From contig NW_014040084.1 in assembly GCF_001186125.1 (NCBI RefSeq), forward strand, positions 11,163 through 56,029: a stretch of DNA of 44,867 bases. The letters run 5' to 3'. The notes beneath the pieces are model-generated. The model saw nothing but the letters and a program-made list of their open reading frames with translations. It had not been told where the DNA came from and made no database searches. Shown piece by piece: positions 11,737 to 23,800 of the stretch. How positions within the stretch are numbered: the first letter of the stretch is position 1; each line of letters begins with the position of its first letter. The position numbers and the translations under genes are program-made. This DNA is from Sphaeroforma arctica JP610. Its lineage: Eukaryota.

Positions 11737-12728
11737 ATGTCACACACATTCCTGCGTACGTCCAAGAACGTGTCCCAGCGCACTTTGACGCCTCTAATGC
11801 GTGTGAGTTCGCGTATGGCGTCTACACTGTCGTCCTATGTACACCCTCTGTCTCGTAAGTACAAAGGCACGCAGCACAACAAAGCCGCATCTTTGCATAC
11901 CCACGCAGACATGCCCTTACACACGCATATAACATATAACCACTACCACCACCATGCGCATGCGTGTGCTTGCACACAAGTACATGCTCACTCATTGACA
12001 CACAAACACTCGCACGCGCGAAGCTTCACATCGAGCCCGTTGCGTCTGGATAGCTCTAATAGCGCTAAGGCATATCGTGTACTTGATAGTATGCAGGGGG
12101 AATCGACTACTCATTCACCTACAATAGAGCATGTGCGAGTCTTCATGGACAATGTGGGTGTCAATATAGACCAGGACCTCGCTCTGAGGGCTCTGACCCA
12201 TCGCTCGTCTGTTCACGACCATCTAGGACTACTGGGTATGTATATATTGCTTATAAAAGGTTTTTGTGATATGTGTACCTGAATATATTGTATGGGAGTC
12301 TGTAAGGATTAGGTTGTTTGTCACAGGTGTATCTGGATGTACTGAATGGTTGTTTGGGTTGATTGAAATGTATGAACTACTTGCAGGGTTAGTTCGTGGT
12401 TTTGTTTGGTCGCAAAGGACGACTCGGAATTTATCCAAAAGTATATGCTATTCTTAGGCTTTTATTGCGATATGTGCATCTGATCAAGAAGTATTGATTG
12501 GTTCTTGGTGGGTTTTAGTTGTGGGTGAAAATGGTTATGTATGTTCGAGGAAAAGGCATACGAGAAGATATTTATACATTTTGTAGAAGTATGAGCGTGC
12601 AAAATTCAGTCTGTCAGTGTATAGTGTGTATGTGTCTGACTGGATAGAGAAATACATTTATACAATACATGTATATACATACATACACACACGCACACAC
12701 ACACAATTAATATATATATATGTATATG

Positions 12729-12776
<48 letters not shown>

Positions 12777-12852
12777 TCTAAATTTATAAATTTATATATA
12801 TATATATACATTATACATGTATATATATAATATTTATATATATGTATAAATA

Positions 12853-12883
<31 letters not shown>

Positions 12884-15742
12884 CGTATATATATATATAT
12901 ATTTACATATAATATATATGTACAAGTATGTATATATATACATATGTATATATATATTATATATATATAATATGAACATACACGCGAATCAATGCCCACA
13001 TTCACACACACACGCATATATATATATATATTTATATATATATAATATGAACACTCACACGAATCAATACACACATTTACACACACGCATATATATAGAT
13101 ATATGTTTGTGTTTGTGTTTGTGTCAGTGCAATGTGTGTATGTATGTAAATGTATAAGTGTGTGTAATTGCATGTGTATGTATGTATATGAATACAGTTG
13201 TGCGTGTAATTATGTGTGTATGGATGTACATGTATATATTTCATTATATATATAAATGCATGTGTGTGTGCGCGCGTGTGTGTGTGTCTTTGTATATGTA
13301 TAGGTTTATATTATATATATATACATATATATATGTGAATGTACCTGTATGTATCTATGTATGTATTTAGTTTTGTTTTCTTTATTTTTATAATATATAT
13401 ATATGTATGTATGTATATGTATGTATCTATGTATGTATTTAGTTTTGTTTTCTTTATTTTTATAATATATATATATGTATGTATGTATATGTATGTATAT
13501 TTATACATTTATATGTATGTGTATGTTTGTTTGTGCGTGTTGTATATATATTTGTGTGTGTGTTTGTGACAAATATGTATATATATATATTGTGTTAGTC
13601 TGTATTTGTATGTGTGTGTATGTAAGTATGTATATATTTATGTATATTTGTATGTGTTATCATACACAACGTGTGTGATAGTTATACAAATGCATCGAAA
13701 TTTTAATCGTACACCATTCTCCTATTCCTATTCAGGAAAGCGAACACTGAACATGTTCATGACTGAACGGGTTATCGAGGTATACGGCCATAAATACAAA
13801 GCGGATACACTCAAATCCATAGTCAAGTACGCCTTGGATACCGAACAGCTGGTCCGAGTCACTGAAAATACAGGACTACGCAACGCAATCACTGTGTCTA
13901 AAGGGCGACGCGATGTAAGTACACTGGACCATGCACGCGCGTATATTATATATAAATATATGTATCTATATATCTATATATTTATATATATTTGGGTGTG
14001 TTTGTGTGTTTGTACACACATGAACAATTATATATATATATATATGTGTATATGTACATATATGTATATTTATATATATATTTATATATAGAGAGTGTGT
14101 GTTGCGTTTTTCCCCTGTGTTTGTTCTGAGTGGTTGCAGTCTCCCACTGGTTGCGTATGATTGGTCTTTCCCACCGAGGGAGCGGATGTATGGCCCGTGT
14201 TTGCCAGAGGTACACCCTGTTCATGTTGTATACTATTACCAGTATTGTTGTTGTTTCGAAATTTATACTCGATACTCGTACGTATTGGCTGTTGAATCGC
14301 TTGCTCCCTATTGTTTGGGTGGTGGGCCTGACCCACCACTGTTACCGTTGATAGGGTTATTCGTGGACGGGCGTATGCTATCATTTCTACGTAGTCTCTA
14401 TTTGAATAATCAACGTATGTGTGTACTCTAATTGTGTATTCCGATAAGCGCAGTGTGCGTCTACATTGGTGTATGTTCTAGCTTTTAACTCTGGCTACAA
14501 CGTTGCAGACGGTGTGTATGCGAAGATTCATGCATGTGGAACGTCGATACACTCACCAATATATATACACGATCACTTTGGTTGTGGGTTTACTGCCCAC
14601 ACAAAAACCAATTATGGCATTTCTCTAATTGGGAAGTTAAATGCAGATCTTCTGGCATGATGAGACATGGCTTTCTTCGTTCGATTATGAATTACCTACT
14701 CTTCCTTTGAAAATCGGTATTGTATATATATATATATATTCATACATTCGGATGAATAAACCCACACGTCTTTCGCCATACCAAACCAGATGCGAGGGAC
14801 GTATTGGGCCCCTGAGTTCATCAGTGACCGGGTGGTTCAGTCCGCATTCTTTGCCTTTGTGGGGGCTGTGTATTCCACACAGGTATGTATAGCTTGGAGT
14901 ATCACTATGTGTACAGTATCTGACTGAAAATTGTACTTGTTGTGGGGACGGATACTATCATATACGAGTGCTGGTATGATGGAACATCTTTGATTATTGT
15001 TTCTTGTGCACCATCGATAGGTGCGTGTATACAAATTTAAATATGTATGTGTGTTGTGTCTGTGTCCGTGTCTGTGTCTTTGTCTGTGTCTGTGGCATTT
15101 AAAATACGGCAGACAGTCACACTTTTAATTTTAAAAACGTGTTTGAGTAGTTTTATGAGCGTATGTCACATCTGACGCATAGCAATCTGTATCGGCCTTT
15201 GCTTTTTACCTATTTCTGAAAAGCTAACCAATATTCTTTGCCGACAGCGATTATAAACTGAAGCTTTTAAACGTTATGGTATACAGTAGAGCCCAGTTGA
15301 GGTTGGCCGTTTTTGTCGGACCCGTTTCTCACTTTCTTCCGAAAACGCACTGCAATACGCCTATCAATCCTCAATGGCCGATATTGACTTCGTTGCCTTT
15401 TCTATTTTATGTCCTCTATAGGGCCCAGCGGAGGTGCAGCGGTTGGTTTCGAATCTACTATTCACCTCATATGAAGACGTCGAGACCGTGCTCAAGCTTG
15501 CCAGCCCCGCTATCACGCTCACCTCCATCTGTCGAACGGATAATATCGCCGATCTCACTGCCACGTATGTACACGATTCATAGTTGCGGTCGTCTACACT
15601 GTAGACAACATGTATGTATATTTATGCATGGGTAGCTGGGTATACGCACGCAGGTTTGTCCATATCCACATCATGTCACTTATCTGTGTGAGTTTGAATG
15701 TGTATGCGTATATATATAGATATGTATAAAGATATGTATATG

Positions 15743-15773
<31 letters not shown>

Positions 15774-17494
15774 TAATTTCTCCAATATACTGTTGCCCGG
15801 GGTCTCGTAGCCAAAACCGGAGGGGGGGGACAAAATCGACGAGCGACAAGTTTAGCGTGTGAAATTTATTATTCTTTCGGTGAGCCAAACGGGGTTCTCT
15901 TATTGTCATTCCCACTTTGAGTATTCTGACACTATTTCATCCTAAACTGGGTTGTCTCTTTGTCATTGCCGCTTTGAGCATAACTACCACCGACACCAAT
16001 GCATCGATTACTGGCACTACTTGCCTCGAAAGGGACGAGAAGTGACCCTTATACAAAGCGGGTCGGACGAAAATGTGAAGTAAAGTAAACTGGACACAGA
16101 AACGGTCTCAGGGCTTCCTGTCTTATCCCTACTATTCTCTCTGATACTCTGCAGCGCCACTACGCTCTCTGGGGGTCTGCATCAGGTGGACATTAAACGG
16201 GGTGATACCGTGATCGCCAGTGGTAAGTCGTTGTTCAACCGAAGACTACTGTGACTTGTGTATATACGTTCATCTCTCCTATGTCCAACTCGTACTGCGT
16301 GGATGTGTATGCAAGCGATGCGTTTTACCATACCAAATACGTAATCATACATAGGCCCATAGCTAGGCGGTTTCGTTTTGGCTTTTTTAGTTTTTTTAGT
16401 TTTTTCCTTGACCTAGAGGCAGATTCCTGAACAGCTGCTCACAGTATAAATATAATATACGTCACCGTTTGGTAACCAGCGGTATGAGTGTATTCAGCAG
16501 CACATACGTATTCCGTATTCCGGTTAGTATATTACAACCTGTCTATGTGATTATTCGTACTAACGCAGAGTAACCGTGATATGTGAGATGCTACTGTATT
16601 GTGCGACGCATTCCAATATTTGCGACATACGCATACGAACCCAAGTCATCCTTCATATACCTATATATACATTTACACACACAAATACGCACACACACAC
16701 ATACACACACGCACGCACATATATATATATATATATATACAAACATATATGTATATATATAAATACAAACATATATATATATATTATATATATATATATA
16801 TATAAACCCTTACCACGTCCTCAGCATGCAGCCTACATCTTCGTTAGGACTACTCTCCGATATATAGACTGCCTCTAAAAAAATACTTGCATACTCAGAC
16901 CTTGTAGCCCAAATGACAATTGACTTCATATCAAGCGCATTCCAGTGTACACATCCTTTATTTATATACGTCTCATGTTTTCACCTGGCTCATCGATTAC
17001 ATACTCTCAAACATTCCATATTTATATACATCCCGGATGTCCACCTGATTCTTCTTTTACCTACGCTCACACTTTCCGTATTTATACACATCTCGTGCCT
17101 TCAACTGGCTTATCTTCTACTTACTCTCGCACTTTTCATATTTGTTGACATCTCGTACCTTCACCTGGCTTATCTTCTACATACTCACGCACTTTACATA
17201 TTTGTTGACATCTCATATCGTCATTTGGCATATCGTATACCTACTCCCGACTGTACACGAACTCTCGCAGCGAAAGCCCGGAGTATCAAAACCGCACGCA
17301 CGAGTGCACTCAGCGCGGCGCTGCAGAGTGAGCCTTTCGCTACCAGAATGCCCCAGATACCTCTCCACACCGAAATGGGGTTCGAAACTCTACAGGATCT
17401 GAACATGGACACCAATATGCGCGATATGGATGTGATCGTGGCAGAAAAGCACATCGCTCCTGACGAGGCGGGAAAAGCTCATGTTGAAGAGTAG
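11737..17494 (+). CDS. MRPL44: Mitochondrial ribosomal protein mL44-like (inactive RNase III fold + dsRBD), 401 aa; exons 11737-12235, 13736-13914, 14790-14882, 15422-15564, 16155-16222, 17271-17494
   Basis: Phase-consistent GT-AG exons give [20 protein letters not shown], which lacks the acidic residues of the RNase III NERLEFLGD signature. Also [15 protein letters not shown], ...[10 protein letters not shown], and dsRBD-like [32 protein letters not shown]. Leader ends [10 protein letters not shown]. Confidence 0.72.
12660..13680. repeat. Compound (TA)n/(TG)n/(CA)n low-complexity intron tract, including a 72-bp tandem duplication at ~13346-13489
   Basis: Visible dinucleotide runs; gtatctatgtatgtatttagttttgttttctttatttttataat occurs twice. 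Confidence 0.9.
16961..17245 (+). repeat. 60-bp minisatellite, about 4.5 copies, in the last mL44 intron
   Basis: Units begin at 16961, 17021, 17081, 17141 and 17201 (ttt...acatctc...tcacctggcttatcttctacatactc). Confidence 0.9.
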
Positions 17495-18567
17495 ATCAGA
17501 TGTGATATGTATAGCGACCCAATGGAGATTAAAGGAATTGAGTGTATTCAGTGTTGACCTATGATTTCGTATGGTGAGATGTTATTAAGGTGTACTATAC
17601 ATGGTATAGTTGTGGAGTTTAAATTGGTTGGTTGTCGACGAGACGCTAGCGGGAGACGGGTTGGAAACACATCATGTAGCTATGCTTAGAAAAGGCACGA
17701 AGAGAAGGGAGCTTGTGTGAACACAATATATGTGTGTTTCTTGCGCACGTGGTGTCTCACCCGTGTATTGTAGTGTTTTATTGACTAGTCTTTGACGCCA
17801 CACCCATCGCTCTGTCGAGGCTAGATGCGCTATGGAAATTAAAGTCATACTCATTTCGATAGTAACCGCGCACATACATTGTTACGTTTGGTTTGCGAGT
17901 GCTGTTTCGCATACATCGATGCATGATTCAATCGGTATGAAACATGACAACAATATGCTGTTGTTGCTTTTTTTACAGAAGCTACACTGTATTTCAATCG
18001 ACACACCAGACAAGACGTCTGAGTACCTGGTTGTATCACTGTTGAAGCGATGCATGCAACTGTATTTGTACTATCATACATAGTTTCGTCTCTATCGTTC
18101 TACAAACCAAATATTTTGTTGTTTTTGTTTGTTTGTTTTTAAACCAAAACAAATTGTAAAACAAATTAAAACTGCGTCATCAAATATAAATTCCGATTAG
18201 TGACGCAGTTTGCGATGAGTATGTAAATATTTAAAAAATCTGTAAATATTAAAAATATAAAAAACTAAATAGGAGAGAATGCAGCAACCTGAAACTCAAA
18301 CTTGATTCCGCTCGAGGGTCGAGACTCGTGACCCTCTAGTAGGCTCTCAGCCTTCTCTCGCCTGTAAAATATGAATTCATGTCCAGAGGGCCGTGTAAAT
18401 ATTCTAATTTTTTATTCCGTATGTAGATACATCAATCTATATAGTACTGATTGAATCGGATTATGTTGCTGCTTTAAATTGTTTTATGCAATCGCCTCGA
18501 CTCCACTTCACATTATCAACAGCCTTCACATATACATAACCTAAATATGCCTGTCGTATCTAGATCA

Positions 18568-20040
18568 ATGTGCTTCCTATCTGTGCTCGCATTCGCGATT
18601 GTTAAAACATCTTTTGAGGCGAGCTGCGGCTACCGTGTCCAATCATCGTGTGAGTACAAGGGTGTATAGACCTATCATTGTAGACAATGGTACAAAGAGG
18701 ACACTAAGGAATGCTACTGCCGTAGCTCTTAAAGTGGACCAAGTGTAGGGACTTGTACAAACCAGAGGCGCCCATCGAGTGTGTGAAGGCTTATGTGGAA
18801 TGTGACTACCGCACCGAGCTGTGCAAGCACGAGAAGTGCTGCGATGGAGATTGAAAGGCAATACGCAACGTGATGCAAAAAGCGTGTGGATCCAGCGACC
18901 AAATGTAAGTTAACTAAAGTCAAATGTGACTATGGGTATGGGCTATATGGGCGAACTAAGTGTTGCGACTGTGATTACTGCGAGGACGGGGTGCCAAAGT
19001 GTAAGGAGACCTGCTGTGAAAAGAAAATTGATCCTCCAGTCAAGTGTATGGATACTTATGTCGACTGCGAAAATGGCTACGAACTTCTTGTAAATGAGCA
19101 ATGCTTTGATAGTGACTACTGTGAAGACTGGATCCCGATGTGTGACAAGAAGATTTGTTGCGAAAAAAAGACATCCTCCAGTAAAGTGCAAGGATGCATA
19201 TGTCGACTGCAAATACAATTTTGAGTTGCCAAAGCACGAGAAGTGCTGCGATAGTGAATACTGCTGCGAAGACTGGGTACCTAAATGTAAATAACGAAGA
19301 GACTTGCTGTGAAAAGATAATCACACCATCAGTTAAATGCAAAAACTCCGATGTCGACTGCGAGTATGGCTATGATCGGCAAAAGAATGAGAAATGTTGT
19401 AACTGCGTTTACTGTGAGAAATGGGTGCCAAAGTGCGACCAGGAAACTTGTTGTGAGAAGAAAGTAGAGCCCACAACTATGTGCAAGAACGCGGACATCA
19501 AGTGTAACTGCAACTACAAACTGAAATGGAATCAAAATGTTGCGACAACGATTAAATACTGCGAAGTTTCATTGCCCAAATGATACAAGATATCATGCTG
19601 CGAAATAAAAAAGAACAATTATAAGTATTAAATACATCAATATTGGTTTTCAAACGTCGAAGGTAGGTGCGAAGTGACAAGAGCTCAGTCCCTCTCTCCC
19701 CCTCCCCCCCAAAAGGGTGGTGGGCCTGAAACAAATCTCCATTTTGAACCGCCTTATATGAACAATATCATAGTCATGTCATAGGCGACGCTTCCCTACC
19801 TATGTGCGACAAGACGTGTATTGAAAAGTAGGAAGTCAAGAAATACTAGAAGTCACCTTATTTTAGTCCTACAGAAGTGGAACAAGAAATCTGGTCACCG
19901 AATGACGATACCAAGTTTACGGAAACTATACTTTACAAGAGGTATATATTTGAAATTGAGATTGAAATAGCTATTTATTTACAACGATGCAACAATGACG
20001 GAAAATTTGAGATGTCTGTTTATTTGCACAATTGGCCATA
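18568..20040 (+). pseudogene. Disrupted secreted Cys-rich tandem-repeat protein (about 6-7 units of ~47-48 aa)
   Basis: Signal-like MCFLSVLAFAIV at 18568. Repeat PxxKCxDxxVDCxYGYELxxxEKCCDxDYCEDWVPKCxxETCCEKKxx is spread over three frames with stops and frameshifts. Tail DASLPMCDKTCIEK* near 19785-19830. Confidence 0.75.
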
Positions 20041-20885
20041 GCCTCTTTTGAAAAAAGAACACAGAAGAAGGCTATGTTATCTTCAAATTCTGCCTAGCCC
20101 ACTTTATAAATTAGAGGCTTTTGCAGCTTGCACTTTTTCAACTTTGCATCTTCACGGCGACAGGACGCCCTCTCGCGTTGAAAATCCACTAAAAATCCGT
20201 ACACACTACACACTCCAATAAAAATACACACACAAGAAGAGAGGATAATATTTTTGTAAATAAATACATACAACAAAGGCGTCACCAAGATCCAGGTGAC
20301 TCTGGAGTCTGGGGTCCAGAAGTGGGGACTGGAGAGTGGAGAGTCAAGGGGAACTTATACATACACACAGCAGTATTTTTAACTCTGATGAAGTTTTTAA
20401 TATTTAATAAAAAAACAAACACCGTGTTAAATAGTTTGGGATGTTTGGCACTGTGGCAGAGCCCCAAATGTTAAATAGAAAAAGCATGTGATATTTACGT
20501 GATGACGAGGAACTATTTTACTGGTGAGCATCGGTGTCGACCTAACGTCAGTTTTAAACGTTAAAATGAAAACGTCAAATATAATATATTTTTTTGTAAG
20601 TTTTAGTGTATAGCGATAATCTGCGCAGTCGAGAACCTGTTTCTATAAACCGTTTAAACGCGAAACGACGAGGTCAATGTCAGACTGTCAGCTGTCACCG
20701 TAAATATCGAGGAAGAGGAATTTTAGCGATAACAAACAAAACAAAGCGTCTACGTACGCCATCTTGTGAACACGAAGGATTCAACAAGGAAATGATTAAA
20801 AAAAAATGTAAAACAAACAGCTCGCCTCCCACATCTTCACACTTTCCGTTGTACGGATCCAGAGTTACCTGCATATAGCAACAGT

Positions 20886-23800
20886 ATGATTTCCCAGCGC
20901 TTCGGGATTGAGGCCAAGGCCTTCTCCCAGCTGGCGCTGGCACGCACGTCGACCCGATTTCAGCCTACAAGCGTTCTCGCAAGAAATGGGGTTATCGGAC
21001 GATACTATTCCACAGGAGAGAAGAAAGGGATTAAAGCGGTTGCTTTTGACCTCGGAGGTGTTGTACTACAGTCTCCGATGAAAGCTATACGCAAATATGA
21101 AGAGGTCCTGGGATATCCTGCCAACACAGTGAACAAGATCATTGCAGGCACAGGTATATACGCCCACGACGCAATACAATAATCTGGTTTCGTCTATATT
21201 ATATATATATATAGTGTGCGTGTATACGCGTGTGTGCATGTGTAATATTTTGTTATCTAGTCATATTTCGTTTCACTCATCGTCTGTGCTACTTGCGACT
21301 TCACAGGATCTAAAGGATCTTTTCAGCAATTGGAAAGGGGAGAACTTACGCTCAAAGAATTCTATCCCAAGGTGAGTTTGGTCCATAACAGAAGCTTCTG
21401 AACAACTTTACGACTAAGTCAGCAGTGAAATCTGAATGTATATTTTTCAGATGCCGCCTGTTCATGTGATCATGTTATTTTGCCTACTTTGTGATTGTAC
21501 GAAGGCTACATTGCTGCGTGCCGGATTCAATTAGCCTTCGAATGTGTAGCTATCTAGTATCTTGATGGACTAGGCTAACTTGCACGTCTACAGGTTGTGA
21601 TTTTCAGGGCGATAATGGGCTCGACGTGAGGGGAATGAAAGTTCATGTCTCACCCATAATTACATGCAAAATATAGTGTCAGATATATGAATCTATCTAT
21701 CCGCAAATACTACGTTTACACATGTACATCTCCATTTATATATCCAGTTTGAAGCTGAAAGTAAGCAGGCAGGCTTCCCTCTGGATGCAGCCAAGTTATT
21801 GAAGGACATACACTCGTATGTGTACAATGCGTCACCAGCGATGCTCGAGGCAATCGACTGCATTCGCGCCGAGGGTATCAAAACAGCGGCTGTAACCAAC
21901 AACTGGCGTATCGGAAATGGCAAGGACGAGATCCAGAGTGATGTCACTAAGGTGTGTTGTAACGAAAACACATGCACCTGTACATGTTTGCTCTCGTATT
22001 AGTAGTGTGCCTGTGTAAGTATGTGCTCGCGCTTATATTACTAATGTCTGTATATGTACACACTCGAGCGTGCACCAGTATGTCCAGCTCGTCTCCTGCA
22101 ATGGTCAGGACTGTTTCTTTTATTCATTCTAATATGTATTTACGCCTGAACTCTTTTGTTTGTTTCAGCGCATGGACTGTGTGGTTGAGAGTGTGGTCGA
22201 GGGCGTGAACAAACCAGATCCCGCCATTTTCAAAATCGCATGTGACCGTTTGGAAGTAGATCCCTCGCAAACCGTTTTTCTGGACGATATTGGCAAGAAT
22301 CTGAGCGCGGCGAAGAAATTGGGTAAGGAGATATCTCCTGATTCTCCTATCAATTATTGTGTAACGCGTAAGAAGCATAAGGATAGTCAGCTACTTTCCG
22401 CATTACATTCTGCTAGCAGCATCCGGTACGTTCTCGGGGTTGAGTACGAATTCGTAGAATATCATTTCGCTACCTGTCACTCTACGACCAACTCCTTGTG
22501 CAAAACGTATGTCCTGAATAATTGTGATTCGATACATCTCTTTCTGTCCCATATTCCAACATTCTAAAAACTCTAAACGCTAAACCCTAAATCCTGATTC
22601 ACACACTCGACAGGTATGACCACTCTCCTGGTAAAGGAGGTAGAGCCCGCGCTTGCTGAACTCGAGAAAGTGCTCGGTTTCCCACTTACGGGTTACGTCA
22701 AGGGGACAAGAGCTGCGATTGGGGCCCAAAAATTGAACGAGGACAACCTCCGAAGCTACTTAAAGGACACCCTGAAAATATCGGCTGATAAGATGAACGT
22801 CCGGAAGTTCTCACATGGACAGTCGAATCCTACGTTCTACATTGGCACTGAATCAGGTAGGTTTGTCTTGTACGTGTGTATTACAAACCCATGACCCTGG
22901 ACTAATCTGTGTCGACCGGATAGTTTGAGTACTTAGCCTGACGTATGGTGTTTACTGGTGAAAAGGTAGCGACGTGTATATCATTTTGTGGCGCAACCTA
23001 CACTATGAGCGGTACGGTACTATCTGTGTACGTGGTTGCAAACGGCTTTCTTTCCCATATATGTACCATAATTAATCACATGCATGCTCGTGTTATACCT
23101 ACCTGAAACACCTACTGACATGAAATGCTACGAATTATACCTGCCTGCAACACATACTCACATGAAATGCTTATGTTATACCTACCTGCATAACCTACCT
23201 GACTCGTCTACGCACTTTCGGTACCTGTCTGATTGTTTATTGCTGTAGGCGAGTTTGTACTACGCAAGAAACCCCCAGGAAAACTTCTGAAGGGCGCCCA
23301 TGCTATCGAGCGAGAGTAAGTCTGTTCCTAATCGGATTTGAAGTTCAATACTGTCTGATAAGCAGCGCGTTTGTTTTTATGTACTCTTGCTGCGGAAAGG
23401 CGTGCGTGTATGCGTACGATTATAACACTGTGTGTAGTAGTAGTCTGTCTCTCTCTGTACATACACACATGCGTATATATGTTGGTATATATAAATATAT
23501 ATATATATATAGTCACATCTTCATTGTTTTGTAGGCGAAGAGTGCTGTTACAAACACCAGTATTAACAAGTGCGGATAAGTCGGTATTTGGCTTTCTATG
23601 AACGGTATGCGTCATTGTAAGCAGAGCACATACATACAAACTTCATTCGTCGCACACATACACGAAGCATATCACACATGAACACACACTCACTCACACA
23701 CGCGCATACATGCCACACTACGCATATGCGTAAACACACACTCTCTCACACATCTACCTCTACCCACAGATACCAGATCATGACCGCTCTGCGCAAGAAA

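Noticed and set aside
12707..13678. Many [12 protein letters not shown] ORFs here and in other introns
   Set aside because: Translations of TA/TG/CA microsatellites inside introns with clear GT-AG boundaries.
14466..14720. ORF with HSP and HDHFG resembling mL44 exon 1; possible extra exon at 14648
   Set aside because: Matches are too short, and the candidate exon would break the phase of the otherwise consistent model.
16961..17245. Regular repeats considered as a CRISPR array
   Set aside because: Head-to-tail units without unique spacers, eukaryotic context, no cas genes.
22572..22596. Telomere-like taaaccctaaa
   Set aside because: Only one perfect unit, inside an intron 3' region.
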